Below, one piece after another: positions 11,809 through 22,507 of a stretch of DNA of 64,000 bases. This DNA comes from Escherichia coli (GTDB lineage: Bacteria; Pseudomonadota; Gammaproteobacteria; Enterobacterales; Enterobacteriaceae). Within the stretch, counting starts at the first letter, position 1; each line of letters begins with the position of its first letter. Location of the stretch: assembly GCF_003019035.1 (NCBI RefSeq), contig NZ_CP027447.1. The stretch is one strand, 5' to 3'. The notes below the pieces were generated by a model that was not told the DNA's origin, did no database searches, and saw only the letters and a list, made by a program, of their open reading frames with translations. Both the position numbers and the translations under genes were made by a program.

Positions 11809-12167
11809 TGGCGGGCATTAATCTCAATAAAAAATTATGGCGTATTCCACAGCAGGGCATGGTCCGTGGCGTCTGCGCCGGGATTGCCAACTATTTTGAT
11901 GTACCAGTAAAACTGGTGCGTATCCTGGTGGTGCTGTCGATTTTCTTCGGTCTGGCGCTGTTTACCCTGGTTGCTTACATCATTTTGTCATTTGCGCTTG
12001 ATCCAATGCCGGACAACATGGCCTTTGGTGAGCAGCTACCTTCCAGCAGCGAATTGCTGGATGAAGTCGACCGTGAACTGGCGGCAAGTGAAACGCGTTT
12101 ACGCGAGATGGAACGTTATGTCACTTCCGATACTTTCACGTTACGTAGCCGTTTCCGTCAACTGTGA
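11808..12167 (+). CDS. pspC: phage shock protein C
   Basis: 119 aa; start overlaps pspB stop (ATAATGG); PspC domain. Confidence 0.9.
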
Positions 12168-12175
12168 GGAAAGTT

Positions 12176-12397
12176 ATGAATACTCGCTGGCAACAGGCCG
12201 GGCAAAAGGTGAAGCCTGGGTTCAAATTAGCAGGTAAGCTGGTACTTCTTACCGCACTGCGCTATGGCCCGGCGGGTGTGGCGGGCTGGGCGATAAAATC
12301 AGTTGCTCGCCGACCGCTGAAAATGTTGCTGGCTGTGGCGCTGGAACCGCTGTTAAGTCGGGCTGCCAATAAACTGGCACAGCGTTATAAAAGGTGA
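12176..12397 (+). CDS. pspD: phage shock protein D
   Basis: 73 aa from [11 protein letters not shown]; operon position. Confidence 0.85.
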
Positions 12398-12471
12398 GGG
12401 GAATTTCGCAAAAATTGTTAAAGCTAAGGCGTATTATGGATGGCAATTTTCATCCATAGAAGGACGCTTAC

Positions 12472-12786
12472 ATGTTTAAAAAAGGCTTACTTGCTCTGAC
12501 ACTGGTGTTTTCACTGCCCGTTTTCGCCGCTGAACACTGGATCGATGTTCGTGTTCCAGAGCAGTATCAGCAAGAGCACGTTCAGGGAGCCATCAATATT
12601 CCCCTGAAGGAAGTAAAAGAGCGCATTGCCACCGCCGTTCCGGATAAAAACGACACCGTGAAAGTGTATTGCAATGCCGGACGCCAGTCAGGGCAGGCAA
12701 AAGAGATCCTTAGCGAGATGGGATATACCCACGTTGAGAACGCTGGCGGCCTGAAAGACATCGCAATGCCGAAGGTCAAAGGTTAA
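12472..12786 (+). CDS. pspE: periplasmic rhodanese (thiosulfate sulfurtransferase)
   Basis: 104 aa with signal peptide; rhodanese active-site Cys in VYCNAGRQS. Confidence 0.9.
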   Translation: MFKKGLLALTLVFSLPVFAAEHWIDVRVPEQYQQEHVQGAINIPLKEVKERIATAVPDKNDTVKVYCNAGRQSGQAKEILSEMGYTHVENAGGLKDIAMPKVKG

Positions 12787-12801
12787 CAAATTACTTATTG
12801 A

Positions 12802-12830
12802 GCGGTGTAAACAACGCCGCTTATTCATTT
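12802..12830 (+). terminator. putative intrinsic terminator after pspE
   Basis: GCGGTGTAAACAACGCCGC hairpin followed by TTATTCATTT. Confidence 0.45.
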
Positions 12831-12904
12831 GATAAATCAAAATTAACCCACATTATTATCTCCAGTATCTAATCCTTTCTACAGCTTTCTGGCACAGGAC
12901 AGCA

Positions 12905-14302
12905 ATGAAGCGACTTAAAAATGAACTTAATGCGCTGGTGAATCGGGGTGTCGACAGACATCTGCGCCTCGCCGTAACCGGACTTAGCCGCAGCGGCAAA
13001 ACGGCGTTTATCACTGCGATGGTCAATCAGTTGCTCAATATTCACGCCGGAGCAAGGTTGCCGCTGTTAAGCGCGGTGCGTGAAGAACGGCTGCTGGGCG
13101 TAAAACGCATTCCCCAGCGTGACTTTGGCATTCCGCGCTTCACCTATGATGAAGGGCTGGCGCAGTTATATGGCGATCCACCCGCCTGGCCAACGCCAAC
13201 GCGCGGCGTCAGCGAAATTCGCCTGGCGCTACGTTTTAAATCGAACGATTCGCTGCTACGCCACTTTAAGGATACCTCCACGCTGTATCTGGAGATTGTG
13301 GATTATCCCGGCGAATGGTTGCTCGACCTGCCGATGCTGGCGCAGGACTATTTAAGCTGGTCGCGCCAGATGACGGGCTTACTTAATGGTCAGCGCGGCG
13401 AATGGTCGGCGAAATGGCGAATGATGTGCGAAGGGCTGGACCCGCTAGCGCCTGCCGACGAAAACCGGCTGGCAGACATTGCCGCCGCCTGGACCGAGTA
13501 TCTCCACCACTGCAAACAGCAGGGGTTGCACTTTATTCAGCCTGGGCGCTTTGTCTTGCCGGGAGATATGGCAGGAGCACCCGCGCTGCAATTCTTCCCG
13601 TGGTCGGATGTCGATGCCTGGGGCGAGTCCAAACTGGCGCAGGCCGATAAGCATACCAATGCCGGAATGCTGCGCGAGCGGTTTAATTATTACTGCGAGA
13701 AAGTGGTGAAGGGGTTCTATAAGAATCATTTTCTGCGCTTTGACCGCCAGATTGTGCTGGTGGATTGCCTGCAACCTCTCAACAGTGGGCCACAGGCATT
13801 TAATGATATGCGTCTGGCGCTGACGCAGCTGATGCAAAGTTTCCACTACGGGCAGCGAACCCTGTTCCGGCGTTTGTTTTCACCGGTTATCGATAAGCTA
13901 TTGTTTGCTGCCACTAAAGCAGACCATGTGACCATCGATCAGCACGCCAATATGGTTTCATTACTGCAACAACTGATTCAGGATGCCTGGCAAAATGCGG
14001 CGTTCGAAGGGATCAGCATGGACTGCCTGGGGCTGGCGTCAGTTCAGGCGACCACCAGCGGCATTATTGATGTTAACGGTGAGAAAATCCCGGCGCTGCG
14101 CGGTAATCGACTCAGCGATGGCGCACCGCTCACTGTTTATCCTGGCGAAGTTCCCGCTCGTTTGCCCGGTCAGGCGTTCTGGGATAAGCAAGGCTTCCAG
14201 TTTGAGGCGTTTCGTCCGCAGGTGATGGATGTTGACAAACCGCTGCCGCATATTCGCCTTGATGCTGCGCTGGAATTTTTAATAGGAGATAAATTGCGAT
14301 GA
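12905..14302 (+). CDS. ycjX: YcjX-family P-loop NTPase of unknown function
   Basis: 465 aa; Walker [11 protein letters not shown]; paired with ycjF. Confidence 0.85.
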   Translation: MKRLKNELNALVNRGVDRHLRLAVTGLSRSGKTAFITAMVNQLLNIHAGARLPLLSAVREERLLGVKRIPQRDFGIPRFTYDEGLAQLYGDPPAWPTPTRGVSEIRLALRFKSNDSLLRHFKDTSTLYLEIVDYPGEWLLDLPMLAQDYLSWSRQMTGLLNGQRGEWSAKWRMMCEGLDPLAPADENRLADIAAAWTEYLHHCKQQGLHFIQPGRFVLPGDMAGAPALQFFPWSDVDAWGESKLAQADKHTNAGMLRERFNYYCEKVVKGFYKNHFLRFDRQIVLVDCLQPLNSGPQAFNDMRLALTQLMQSFHYGQRTLFRRLFSPVIDKLLFAATKADHVTIDQHANMVSLLQQLIQDAWQNAAFEGISMDCLGLASVQATTSGIIDVNGEKIPALRGNRLSDGAPLTVYPGEVPARLPGQAFWDKQGFQFEAFRPQVMDVDKPLPHIRLDAALEFLIGDKLR

Positions 14303-15360
14303 CCGAACCGTTAAAACCACGTATTGATTTCGACGGTCCGCTGGATGTCGATCAGAATCCTGAATTCAGGGCGCAGCAGACCTTTGACGAAAATCAGGCA
14401 CAAAATTTTGCCCCGGCCACACTCGACGAAGCGCCTGAAGAAGAGGGGCAAGTTGAAGCGGTAATGGATGCAGCGTTACGTCCTAAACGCAGCCTGTGGC
14501 GCAAAATGGTGATGGGCGGGCTGGCTCTGTTTGGCGCAAGCGTTGTCGGGCAGGGGGTACAGTGGACAATGAATGCCTGGCAAACCCAGGACTGGGTAGC
14601 GCTGGGTGGATGTGCCGCAGGGGCATTGATTATCGGCGCTGGCGTAGGTTCTGTGGTAACAGAGTGGCGGCGCTTATGGCGCTTGCGACAGCGCGCCCAT
14701 GAACGCGACGAAGCGCGTGATTTATTGCACAGCCATGGCACCGGCAAAGGCCGCGCATTTTGCGAAAAACTGGCGCAGCAGGCGGGCATCGATCAGTCAC
14801 ATCCGGCTCTGCAACGCTGGTATGCCTCAATCCATGAAACGCAAAACGACCGTGAAGTGGTCAGTTTGTATGCGCATTTGGTCCAGCCAGTTTTAGATGC
14901 CCAGGCGCGGCGCGAAATCAGCCGTTCGGCAGCGGAATCAACATTGATGATTGCGGTCAGCCCGCTGGCGCTGGTGGATATGGCATTTATCGCCTGGCGC
15001 AATCTGCGTTTGATTAATCGCATCGCCACGCTGTATGGCATTGAACTGGGGTATTACAGCCGTTTGCGCCTGTTCAAGCTGGTATTGCTGAATATCGCTT
15101 TCGCTGGAGCCAGCGAACTGGTGCGCGAAGTGGGGATGGACTGGATGTCGCAAGATCTCGCTGCTCGTTTGTCTACCCGCGCAGCTCAGGGGATTGGTGC
15201 AGGACTTCTGACGGCACGACTGGGGATTAAAGCTATGGAGCTTTGCCGCCCGCTGCCGTGGCTTGACGATGACAAGCCACGCCTCGGGGATTTCCGTCGT
15301 CAGCTTATCGGTCAGGTGAAAGAAACTCTGCAAAAAGGCAAAACGCCCAGCGAAAAATAA
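14299..15360 (+). CDS. ycjF: YcjF-family inner-membrane protein (DUF697)
   Basis: 353 aa; start overlaps ycjX stop (ATGA) implying translational coupling; TM segments. Confidence 0.85.
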   Translation: MTEPLKPRIDFDGPLDVDQNPEFRAQQTFDENQAQNFAPATLDEAPEEEGQVEAVMDAALRPKRSLWRKMVMGGLALFGASVVGQGVQWTMNAWQTQDWVALGGCAAGALIIGAGVGSVVTEWRRLWRLRQRAHERDEARDLLHSHGTGKGRAFCEKLAQQAGIDQSHPALQRWYASIHETQNDREVVSLYAHLVQPVLDAQARREISRSAAESTLMIAVSPLALVDMAFIAWRNLRLINRIATLYGIELGYYSRLRLFKLVLLNIAFAGASELVREVGMDWMSQDLAARLSTRAAQGIGAGLLTARLGIKAMELCRPLPWLDDDKPRLGDFRRQLIGQVKETLQKGKTPSEK

Positions 15361-15419
15361 TGCAATATCGGGTGCTGACCGGATATCTTTACGCCGAAGT
15401 GCCCGTTTTTCCGTCTTTG

Positions 15420-15437
15420 TGTCAATGATTGTTGACA
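15420..15437. promoter_or_regulatory. TyrR box-like palindrome upstream of tyrR
   Basis: TGTCAA-N6-TTGACA resembles TyrR box consensus TGTAAA-N6-TTTACA; about 70 bp upstream of tyrR ATG. Confidence 0.5.
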
Positions 15438-15507
15438 GAAACCTTCCTGCTATCCAAATAGTGTCATATCATCATATTAATTGTTCTTTTTTCAGGTGAA
15501 GGTTCCC

Positions 15508-17049
15508 ATGCGTCTGGAAGTCTTTTGTGAAGACCGACTCGGTCTGACCCGCGAATTACTCGATCTACTCGTGCTAAGAGGCATTGATTTACGCGGTATT
15601 GAGATTGACCCCATTGGGCGAATCTACCTCAATTTTGCTGAACTGGAGTTTGAGAGTTTCAGCACTCTGATGGCCGAAATACGCCGTATTGCAGGTGTTA
15701 CCGATGTGCGTACTGTCCCGTGGATGCCTTCCGAACGTGAGCATCTGGCGTTGAGCGCGTTACTGGAGGCGTTGCCTGAACCTGTGCTTTCTGTCGATAT
15801 GAAAAGCAAAGTGGATATGGCGAACCCGGCGAGCTGTCAGCTTTTTGGGCAAAAATTGGATCGCCTGCGCAACCATACCGCCGCGCAATTGATTAACGGC
15901 TTTAATTTTTTACGCTGGCTGGAAAGCGAACCGCAAGATTCGCATAACGAGCATGTCGTTATTAATGGGCAGAATTTCCTGATGGAGATTACGCCTGTTT
16001 ATCTTCAGGATGAAAATGATCAACACGTCCTGACCGGTGCGGTGGTGATGCTGCGATCAACGATTCGTATGGGCCGTCAGTTGCAAAATGTCGCTGCCCA
16101 GGACGTCAGCGCCTTTAGTCAAATTGTCGCCGTCAGCCCGAAAATGAAGCATGTTGTCGAACAGGCGCAGAAACTGGCGATGCTAAGCGCGCCACTGCTG
16201 ATTACGGGTGATACCGGCACCGGAAAAGATCTCTTTGCCTACGCCTGTCATCAGGCAAGCCCCAGAGCGAGCAAACCTTACCTGGCGCTGAACTGTGCGT
16301 CTATACCGGAAGATGCGGTCGAGAGTGAACTGTTTGGTCATGCTCCGGAAGGGAAGAAAGGGTTCTTTGAGCAGGCGAACGGTGGTTCGGTGCTGTTGGA
16401 TGAAATAGGGGAAATGTCACCACGGATGCAGGCGAAATTACTGCGTTTCCTTAATGATGGCACCTTCCGTCGGGTTGGCGAAGACCATGAGGTGCATGTC
16501 GATGTGCGGGTGATTTGTGCTACGCAGAAGAATCTGGTCGAACTGGTGCAAAAAGGCGTGTTCCGTGAAGATCTCTATTATCGTCTGAACGTGTTGACGC
16601 TCAATCTGCCGCCGCTACGTGACTGTCCGCAGGACATCATGCCGTTAACCGAGCTGTTCGTCGCCCGCTTTGCCGACGAGCAGGGCGTGCCGCGTCCGAA
16701 ACTGGCCGCTGATCTGAATACTGTACTTACGCGTTATGCGTGGCCGGGAAATGTGCGGCAGTTAAAGAACGCTATCTATCGTGCACTGACACAACTGGAC
16801 GGTTATGAGCTGCGTCCACAGGATATTTTGTTGCCGGATTATGACGCCGCAACGGTAGCCGTGGGCGAAGATGCGATGGAAGGTTCGCTGGACGAAATCA
16901 CCAGCCGTTTTGAACGCTCGGTATTAACCCAGCTTTATCGCAATTATCCCAGCACGCGCAAACTGGCAAAACGTCTCGGCGTTTCACATACCGCGATTGC
17001 CAATAAGTTGCGGGAATATGGTCTGAGTCAGAAGAAGAACGAAGAGTAA
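15508..17049 (+). CDS. tyrR: aromatic amino acid regulator TyrR (ACT-PAS-AAA+-HTH)
   Basis: 513 aa from MRLEVFCEDRLGLTRELLDLL; Walker A GDTGTGKD; ESELFGH motif. Confidence 0.95.
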   Translation: MRLEVFCEDRLGLTRELLDLLVLRGIDLRGIEIDPIGRIYLNFAELEFESFSTLMAEIRRIAGVTDVRTVPWMPSEREHLALSALLEALPEPVLSVDMKSKVDMANPASCQLFGQKLDRLRNHTAAQLINGFNFLRWLESEPQDSHNEHVVINGQNFLMEITPVYLQDENDQHVLTGAVVMLRSTIRMGRQLQNVAAQDVSAFSQIVAVSPKMKHVVEQAQKLAMLSAPLLITGDTGTGKDLFAYACHQASPRASKPYLALNCASIPEDAVESELFGHAPEGKKGFFEQANGGSVLLDEIGEMSPRMQAKLLRFLNDGTFRRVGEDHEVHVDVRVICATQKNLVELVQKGVFREDLYYRLNVLTLNLPPLRDCPQDIMPLTELFVARFADEQGVPRPKLAADLNTVLTRYAWPGNVRQLKNAIYRALTQLDGYELRPQDILLPDYDAATVAVGEDAMEGSLDEITSRFERSVLTQLYRNYPSTRKLAKRLGVSHTAIANKLREYGLSQKKNEE

Positions 17050-17055
17050 GCGTGA

Positions 17056-17088
17056 ATATGCCTGATGGTGCAACACCATCAGGCATAT
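17056..17088. terminator. bidirectional intrinsic terminator between convergent tyrR and tpx
   Basis: perfect palindrome ATATGCCTGATGGTG-CA-ACACCATCAGGCATAT. Confidence 0.7.
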
Positions 17089-17092
17089 TAAC

Positions 17093-17599
17093 TTATGCTT
17101 TCAGTACAGCCAGAGCTGCTTCGTAATCCGGCTCGGTGGTGATTTCATCCACCAGCTGGCTGAAAATCACATTGTCATTTTCATCAATAACCACAACGGC
17201 ACGCGCTGCCAGACCTTTCAGTGGGCCATCAGCAATTGCCACACCGTAGGCTTGCAGGAATTCAGCGTTACGGAAAGTGGAGAGGGTGATAACGTTGTTC
17301 AGACCTTCTGCGCCGCAGAAACGAGACTGGGCGAATGGCAGATCGGCAGAGATACACAGCACAACGGTGTTGTCGATCTCGGTTGCCAGTTGGTTAAACT
17401 TACGTACTGATGCGGCGCAAACACCGGTATCAATACTCGGGAAAATGTTCAGCACTTTGCGTTTACCCGCAAACTGACCGAGGGTGACGTCAGACAGATC
17501 TTTTGCCACGAGAGTAAAAGTCTGCGCTTTGCTACCCGCCTGCGGGATGGAATTGGCGACTGTAACCGGGTTGCCCTGGAAATGAACGGTTTGTGACAT
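17093..17599 (-). CDS. tpx: thiol peroxidase (atypical 2-Cys peroxiredoxin)
   Basis: 168 aa; peroxidatic Cys in TGVCA; sequence recognised. Confidence 0.95.
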   Translation of the reverse strand: MSQTVHFQGNPVTVANSIPQAGSKAQTFTLVAKDLSDVTLGQFAGKRKVLNIFPSIDTGVCAASVRKFNQLATEIDNTVVLCISADLPFAQSRFCGAEGLNNVITLSTFRNAEFLQAYGVAIADGPLKGLAARAVVVIDENDNVIFSQLVDEITTEPDYEAALAVLKA

Positions 17600-17717
17600 G
17601 ATTATCTTTCCTGTTTACATATAGTTAACGTCACACCTAGTTTATGCTAACTGTCAATAACACAGCAAACGCTATTTGCGCTTAATCCGCAGACCACCGC
17701 GACAACAAGGAGTAAAG

Positions 17718-18683
17718 ATGAGAACCGTTAAGGTATTTGAGGAGGCCTGGCCCTTACATACCCCGTTTGTGATTGCCCGGGGAAGTCGCAGTGAAGCGCG
17801 CGTGGTGGTGGTTGAACTGGAAGAAGATGGCGTCAAAGGTACGGGCGAATGTACGCCTTATCCGCGCTATGGCGAAAGTGATGCCTCGGTAATGGCGCAA
17901 ATTATGAGCGTCGTGCCGCAATTAGAGAAAGGGCTGACACGGGAGGAGTTACAAAAAATCCTCCCTGCCGGCGCAGCACGTAATGCGCTGGATTGTGCAT
18001 TGTGGGATCTCGCGGCGCGAAAACAGCAGGAATCGCTGGCTGATTTGATCGGCATAACGCTTCCCGGGACAGTTATCACTGCACAGACGGTAGTCATCGG
18101 TACGCCTGATCAGATGGCCAATAGTGCATCAACACTCTGGCAGGCAGGCGCGAAATTACTGAAAGTGAAGCTGGATAACCATCTTATCAGTGAGCGGATG
18201 GTGGCAATTCGCACCGCTGTGCCCGATGCGACGCTGATCGTTGATGCAAATGAATCCTGGCGTGCAGAAGGGTTGGCGGCGCGTTGCCAGCTATTGGCGG
18301 ATTTAGGCGTTGCGATGCTTGAACAACCGCTTCCTGCGCAGGACGATGCGGCACTGGAGAATTTTATTCATCCGTTGCCGATTTGTGCTGATGAAAGTTG
18401 TCATACTCGTAGCAATCTGAAGGCGCTGAAAGGGCGCTATGAGATGGTTAACATTAAGCTTGATAAAACCGGTGGTCTGACGGAAGCGCTGGCGCTGGCG
18501 ACTGAAGCACGTGCACAAGGTTTTAGTCTGATGCTGGGCTGCATGTTGTGTACCTCTCGGGCCATTAGCGCCGCTTTACCGCTGGTGCCGCAGGTCAGTT
18601 TCGCCGATCTTGACGGACCGACCTGGCTGGCGGTAGATGTGGAACCGGCGCTTCAGTTCACGACGGGCGAATTGCATCTTTAG
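17718..18683 (+). CDS. ycjG: L-Ala-D/L-Glu epimerase (enolase superfamily)
   Basis: 321 aa from MRTVKVFEEAW; enolase-superfamily fold; adjacent to mpaA. Confidence 0.85.
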   Translation: MRTVKVFEEAWPLHTPFVIARGSRSEARVVVVELEEDGVKGTGECTPYPRYGESDASVMAQIMSVVPQLEKGLTREELQKILPAGAARNALDCALWDLAARKQQESLADLIGITLPGTVITAQTVVIGTPDQMANSASTLWQAGAKLLKVKLDNHLISERMVAIRTAVPDATLIVDANESWRAEGLAARCQLLADLGVAMLEQPLPAQDDAALENFIHPLPICADESCHTRSNLKALKGRYEMVNIKLDKTGGLTEALALATEARAQGFSLMLGCMLCTSRAISAALPLVPQVSFADLDGPTWLAVDVEPALQFTTGELHL

Positions 18684-19386
18684 GATGCCAGCGCAGCAAG
18701 TTTGCCATCGCAAAGAGATATTTTTCGCTGGCTTCGTCGGAGGAGATGGGTGGAAACTCTGCGGTGATGCAATGCAAGTTGAGATCTGCACACCAACTGC
18801 CGAAAGAGCCAGGCGTTTCATAACCGACGCTGGTTACCAGAGGCAATTCAAACGCCTGGGCCAGCCATTCACCTAATTCGCTGTGTCTGGGATCTTCAAT
18901 ACAGGCTAGCGGATCGTGGAATGAGACCACCCAGGCAGGTTGAATGCGGTGTATAAGTTGGCACAGCGCCTGGGTTTCAGGTTCGGAGCCAGGTTTGTCA
19001 CCTGTCAGTAAAACGACATTACGTTCTTCAGCGGCGCTGTTCCAGCGATAAACTGTTTCACCTTCCTTCCAGTTCGCTGCCGGAAAGTTTCGGTTTAAAT
19101 CCACACCATTAGCATTGGCCCGTAACCCTAACTGGCAGCCGTCAGGATTCACACACAGCACCACATGATGGCGGCGCAAAGACGGTGTCAAAGTCCGCAG
19201 AGCACAGGAGAGCGTGACGATCGAAGAGTTTTCATCACCGTGAGTGCCAGCCAGAATCAAACCACTTTCGTGACTGGCTGCAGGGGCCGGAAACCAGATT
19301 AACGGCGCGCCCAATAATGAACGTCCGTAATGTTCTGTACCGGGCGGAAATGCGCCGCGTTCGGCGCGTGGGCGAGTTACGGTCAT
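18658..19386 (-). CDS. mpaA: murein tripeptide amidase A (M14 zinc carboxypeptidase-like)
   Basis: 242 aa from MTVTRPRAERGAF; HGDE zinc motif; 3' end overlaps ycjG 3' end by 26 bp. Confidence 0.85.
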   Translation of the reverse strand: MTVTRPRAERGAFPPGTEHYGRSLLGAPLIWFPAPAASHESGLILAGTHGDENSSIVTLSCALRTLTPSLRRHHVVLCVNPDGCQLGLRANANGVDLNRNFPAANWKEGETVYRWNSAAEERNVVLLTGDKPGSEPETQALCQLIHRIQPAWVVSFHDPLACIEDPRHSELGEWLAQAFELPLVTSVGYETPGSFGSWCADLNLHCITAEFPPISSDEASEKYLFAMANLLRWHPKDAIRPS

Positions 19387-19568
19387 GATCGTCTCTGGTT
19401 CAGGAAGTATTACAGGCAGTGTTGTGCAAATTTTGCGGATTATCAAATCCTTTTCTTCAACGCTATGTTATCGATCTTGTATCACTTTTTTGCCGGAAGT
19501 TGTTTGCATTTCTTTAAGGCGAAACAAATAATTACGCATCAATTTTAATGTCGGTTAGAGGGAAACTT

Positions 19569-21182
19569 ATGAAGCACTCTGTTTCAGTCACGTGTTGTGC
19601 GCTGTTGGTCAGCAGCATTTCTCTTTCGTATGCTGCTGAAGTTCCGAGCGGCACAGTACTGGCAGAGAAGCAGGAGCTGGTGCGCCACATTAAAGATGAG
19701 CCAGCGTCGCTGGATCCCGCTAAAGCCGTGGGCCTGCCGGAGATTCAGGTCATTCGCGATCTGTTTGAAGGACTGGTGAATCAGAACGAGAAAGGGGAGA
19801 TTGTCCCCGGCGTTGCGACTCAGTGGAAAAGTAATGACAACCGTATCTGGACTTTTACCCTGCGCGATAACGCAAAATGGGCGGATGGCACACCGGTAAC
19901 GGCGCAAGATTTTGTCTACAGCTGGCAACGTCTGGTGGACCCGAAAACGCTATCGCCATTTGCATGGTTTGCCGCGCTGGCGGGAATCAACAACGCACAG
20001 GCGATTATTGATGGTAAAGCCGCGCCTGACCAGCTTGGCGTCACCGCAGTTGATGCCCATACTTTGAAAATCCAGCTTGATAAACCATTGCCGTGGTTTG
20101 TGAATTTAACCGCTAACTTTGCCTTCTTCCCGGTGCAAAAAGCCAACGTAGAAAGCAGTAAAGAGTGGACGAAACCCGGAAATCTGATCGGTAATGGCGC
20201 TTATGTTCTTAAAGAGCGCGTAGTCAATGAAAAACTGGTCGTGGTACCGAATACCCATTATTGGGATAACGCCAAAACGGTGCTGCAAAAAGTGACCTTC
20301 CTGCCAATTAATCAGGAATCCGCAGCCACTAAGCGTTATCTCGCGGGGGATATTGATATCACCGAATCCTTCCCGAAAAATATGTATCAGAAGCTGTTGA
20401 AGGATATTCCGGGGCAGGTTTATACGCCGCCGCAGCTCGGGACCTATTATTATGCGTTTAACACGCAAAAAGGGCCGACGGCAGATCAGCGAGTTCGTCT
20501 GGCATTAAGTATGACGATAGATCGCCGCCTGATGACCGAAAAAGTATTAGGGACGGGCGAAAAGCCAGCGTGGCATTTTACACCAGATGTTACTGCAGGA
20601 TTTACGCCGGAACCTTCGCCGTTTGAACAAATGAGTCAGGAAGAACTGAATGCGCAGGCAAAAACTTTGTTGAGCGCAGCTGGTTATGGTCCGCAAAAAC
20701 CGCTGAAGTTGACGCTTTTGTATAACACTTCAGAAAACCATCAAAAAATTGCGATTGCTGTAGCATCGATGTGGAAAAAGAACCTGGGTGTAGATGTTAA
20801 ATTGCAAAACCAGGAATGGAAAACCTATATCGATAGCCGTAACACCGGCAATTTTGATGTTATCCGCGCCTCGTGGGTAGGTGATTATAATGAACCCTCC
20901 ACTTTCCTGACATTATTAACGTCAACGCATTCCGGGAATATTTCACGCTTTAACAATCCGGCATATGACAAAGTTCTGGCCCAGGCATCGACGGAAAATA
21001 CCGTTAAAGCGCGTAATGCCGATTACAACGCGGCAGAAAAAATCCTCATGGAGCAAGCACCGATTGCACCAATTTATCAATATACCAATGGACGATTAAT
21101 CAAGCCGTGGCTGAAAGGTTATCCCATTAATAACCCTGAAGATGTGGCGTACAGTCGGACTATGTATATTGTGAAGCATTGA
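19569..21182 (+). CDS. mppA: periplasmic murein tripeptide-binding protein (ABC SBP family 5)
   Basis: 537 aa from MKHSVSVTCCALLVSSISLSYA (signal peptide); OppA-like. Confidence 0.9.
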   Translation: MKHSVSVTCCALLVSSISLSYAAEVPSGTVLAEKQELVRHIKDEPASLDPAKAVGLPEIQVIRDLFEGLVNQNEKGEIVPGVATQWKSNDNRIWTFTLRDNAKWADGTPVTAQDFVYSWQRLVDPKTLSPFAWFAALAGINNAQAIIDGKAAPDQLGVTAVDAHTLKIQLDKPLPWFVNLTANFAFFPVQKANVESSKEWTKPGNLIGNGAYVLKERVVNEKLVVVPNTHYWDNAKTVLQKVTFLPINQESAATKRYLAGDIDITESFPKNMYQKLLKDIPGQVYTPPQLGTYYYAFNTQKGPTADQRVRLALSMTIDRRLMTEKVLGTGEKPAWHFTPDVTAGFTPEPSPFEQMSQEELNAQAKTLLSAAGYGPQKPLKLTLLYNTSENHQKIAIAVASMWKKNLGVDVKLQNQEWKTYIDSRNTGNFDVIRASWVGDYNEPSTFLTLLTSTHSGNISRFNNPAYDKVLAQASTENTVKARNADYNAAEKILMEQAPIAPIYQYTNGRLIKPWLKGYPINNPEDVAYSRTMYIVKH

Positions 21183-21232
21183 TGTGATGGGAACTGGCGT
21201 TACCCTTGTGGATAACGCCAGTGATGTCTGAT

Positions 21233-22264
21233 TTAGCGACCCTGGTCCGGCGGTGTAATGTTATCCATATACAGCGTCTGGCTGGGGAAGGCAAAGTCCG
21301 CACCGTGTGACTGTACAATATCGATAATCTTCAAATAAACGTCTTGCTGTGCAGCAAGCCACTCAGCCCATACCGTGGTTTTGGTAAAGCAATAAACCAT
21401 AATATTTAATGACGAATCAGCAAACTGGTTGAAATAAACCAGTAAGGTTTGTCGCTGGTCGATGGCCGGGTGATTTTTCAGCATCTCACGTACGGCTTCG
21501 ACAATAACGCCCACTTTTGCCGCATCCTCATAACGTAAACCAATGGTCGTGGTAATGCGCCGGTTGGTCATTCGTCCAGGATTTTCTACGCTGATCGACG
21601 AAAACAGCGAGTTCGGTACGTACAATGGACGATTATCAAAGGTCTTAATTTTGGTAATTCGCCAGCCAATTTCCGCTACTGTACCTTCGATATTTCTGTC
21701 CGGTGAACGGATCCAGTCGCCAATACTGAAAGGACGGTCGAAATAGAGCATAATCCCGGAAAAGAAGTTACTCAGAATATCTTTACCGGCCATACCGACA
21801 GCCAGACCACCAATACCACCAAAGGTCAACAAGCCAGAAAGGCTCATGCCGAAATGTTCGCCATAAAGCAGAACAAGCACCACAATAATGGTGATTTTGA
21901 TAATGCGCGACATGATCCGCGCACTGGTGATATCGCGACCTTTTTTAATCTGCTGTTTTTCAAACTGATTAATCAGCAGAAATAGCTTAATCGTCAGAAT
22001 AACCGCAATCAGGGACGTACAGATAAAATCGATAACGCCTGGGGTGATAAATTTGAGTTTATAGTTTTCTATAACATAGTTAATGATGCTACCAACAGCA
22101 CTAATAATTATGGTGTAGATTAAAAATTGCACCGCATGGAATAAAAATCCTTTTCTTTTACGATTTCCACGGCGAAACCAAAAGCTCATCAGAATCAATG
22201 CTGCGCAGCTACCGAAAATAATGACCAGATTAAGCGCATTATTTGTAAACAGTTCAGCGATCAT
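21233..22264 (-). CDS. ynaI: small-conductance mechanosensitive channel (MscS family)
   Basis: 343 aa; N-terminal TM helices + MscS beta domain. Confidence 0.85.
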   Translation of the reverse strand: MIAELFTNNALNLVIIFGSCAALILMSFWFRRGNRKRKGFLFHAVQFLIYTIIISAVGSIINYVIENYKLKFITPGVIDFICTSLIAVILTIKLFLLINQFEKQQIKKGRDITSARIMSRIIKITIIVVLVLLYGEHFGMSLSGLLTFGGIGGLAVGMAGKDILSNFFSGIMLYFDRPFSIGDWIRSPDRNIEGTVAEIGWRITKIKTFDNRPLYVPNSLFSSISVENPGRMTNRRITTTIGLRYEDAAKVGVIVEAVREMLKNHPAIDQRQTLLVYFNQFADSSLNIMVYCFTKTTVWAEWLAAQQDVYLKIIDIVQSHGADFAFPSQTLYMDNITPPDQGR

Positions 22265-22507
22265 TGTTTTATCAGGCTCCTCCAGATAATTGTCGTCATG
22301 CCGGAAACCCCTGGCGGGGCTATTTTACCGCGACAATTCATTCAGATCATCAATAGTCAGGGAAGTAAGTAGCAACATTAGCTAACAAATCAATGCATTG
22401 ATTGTAAATCCAGCTAAGAGGTGAGGTTTTCAGAGCAGACAAGAGTGAAATGTCATGGTATTGTTACGTTTAGGTAACAAGAAATTTGTCTGCACAAGGA
22501 TTACATC

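Noticed and set aside
19330-19548. 72-aa plus-strand ORF in the mpaA-mppA divergent region
   Set aside because: Overlaps the mpaA 5' end and promoter region, ends exactly at the next ORF, and has no SD; likely spurious.
22265-22507. Possible FNR-like palindrome ATCAATGCATTGAT upstream of ynaJ
   Set aside because: Half-site orientation is inverted relative to the FNR consensus TTGAT-N4-ATCAA; more likely a fortuitous palindrome, though some other dimeric regulator could bind it.
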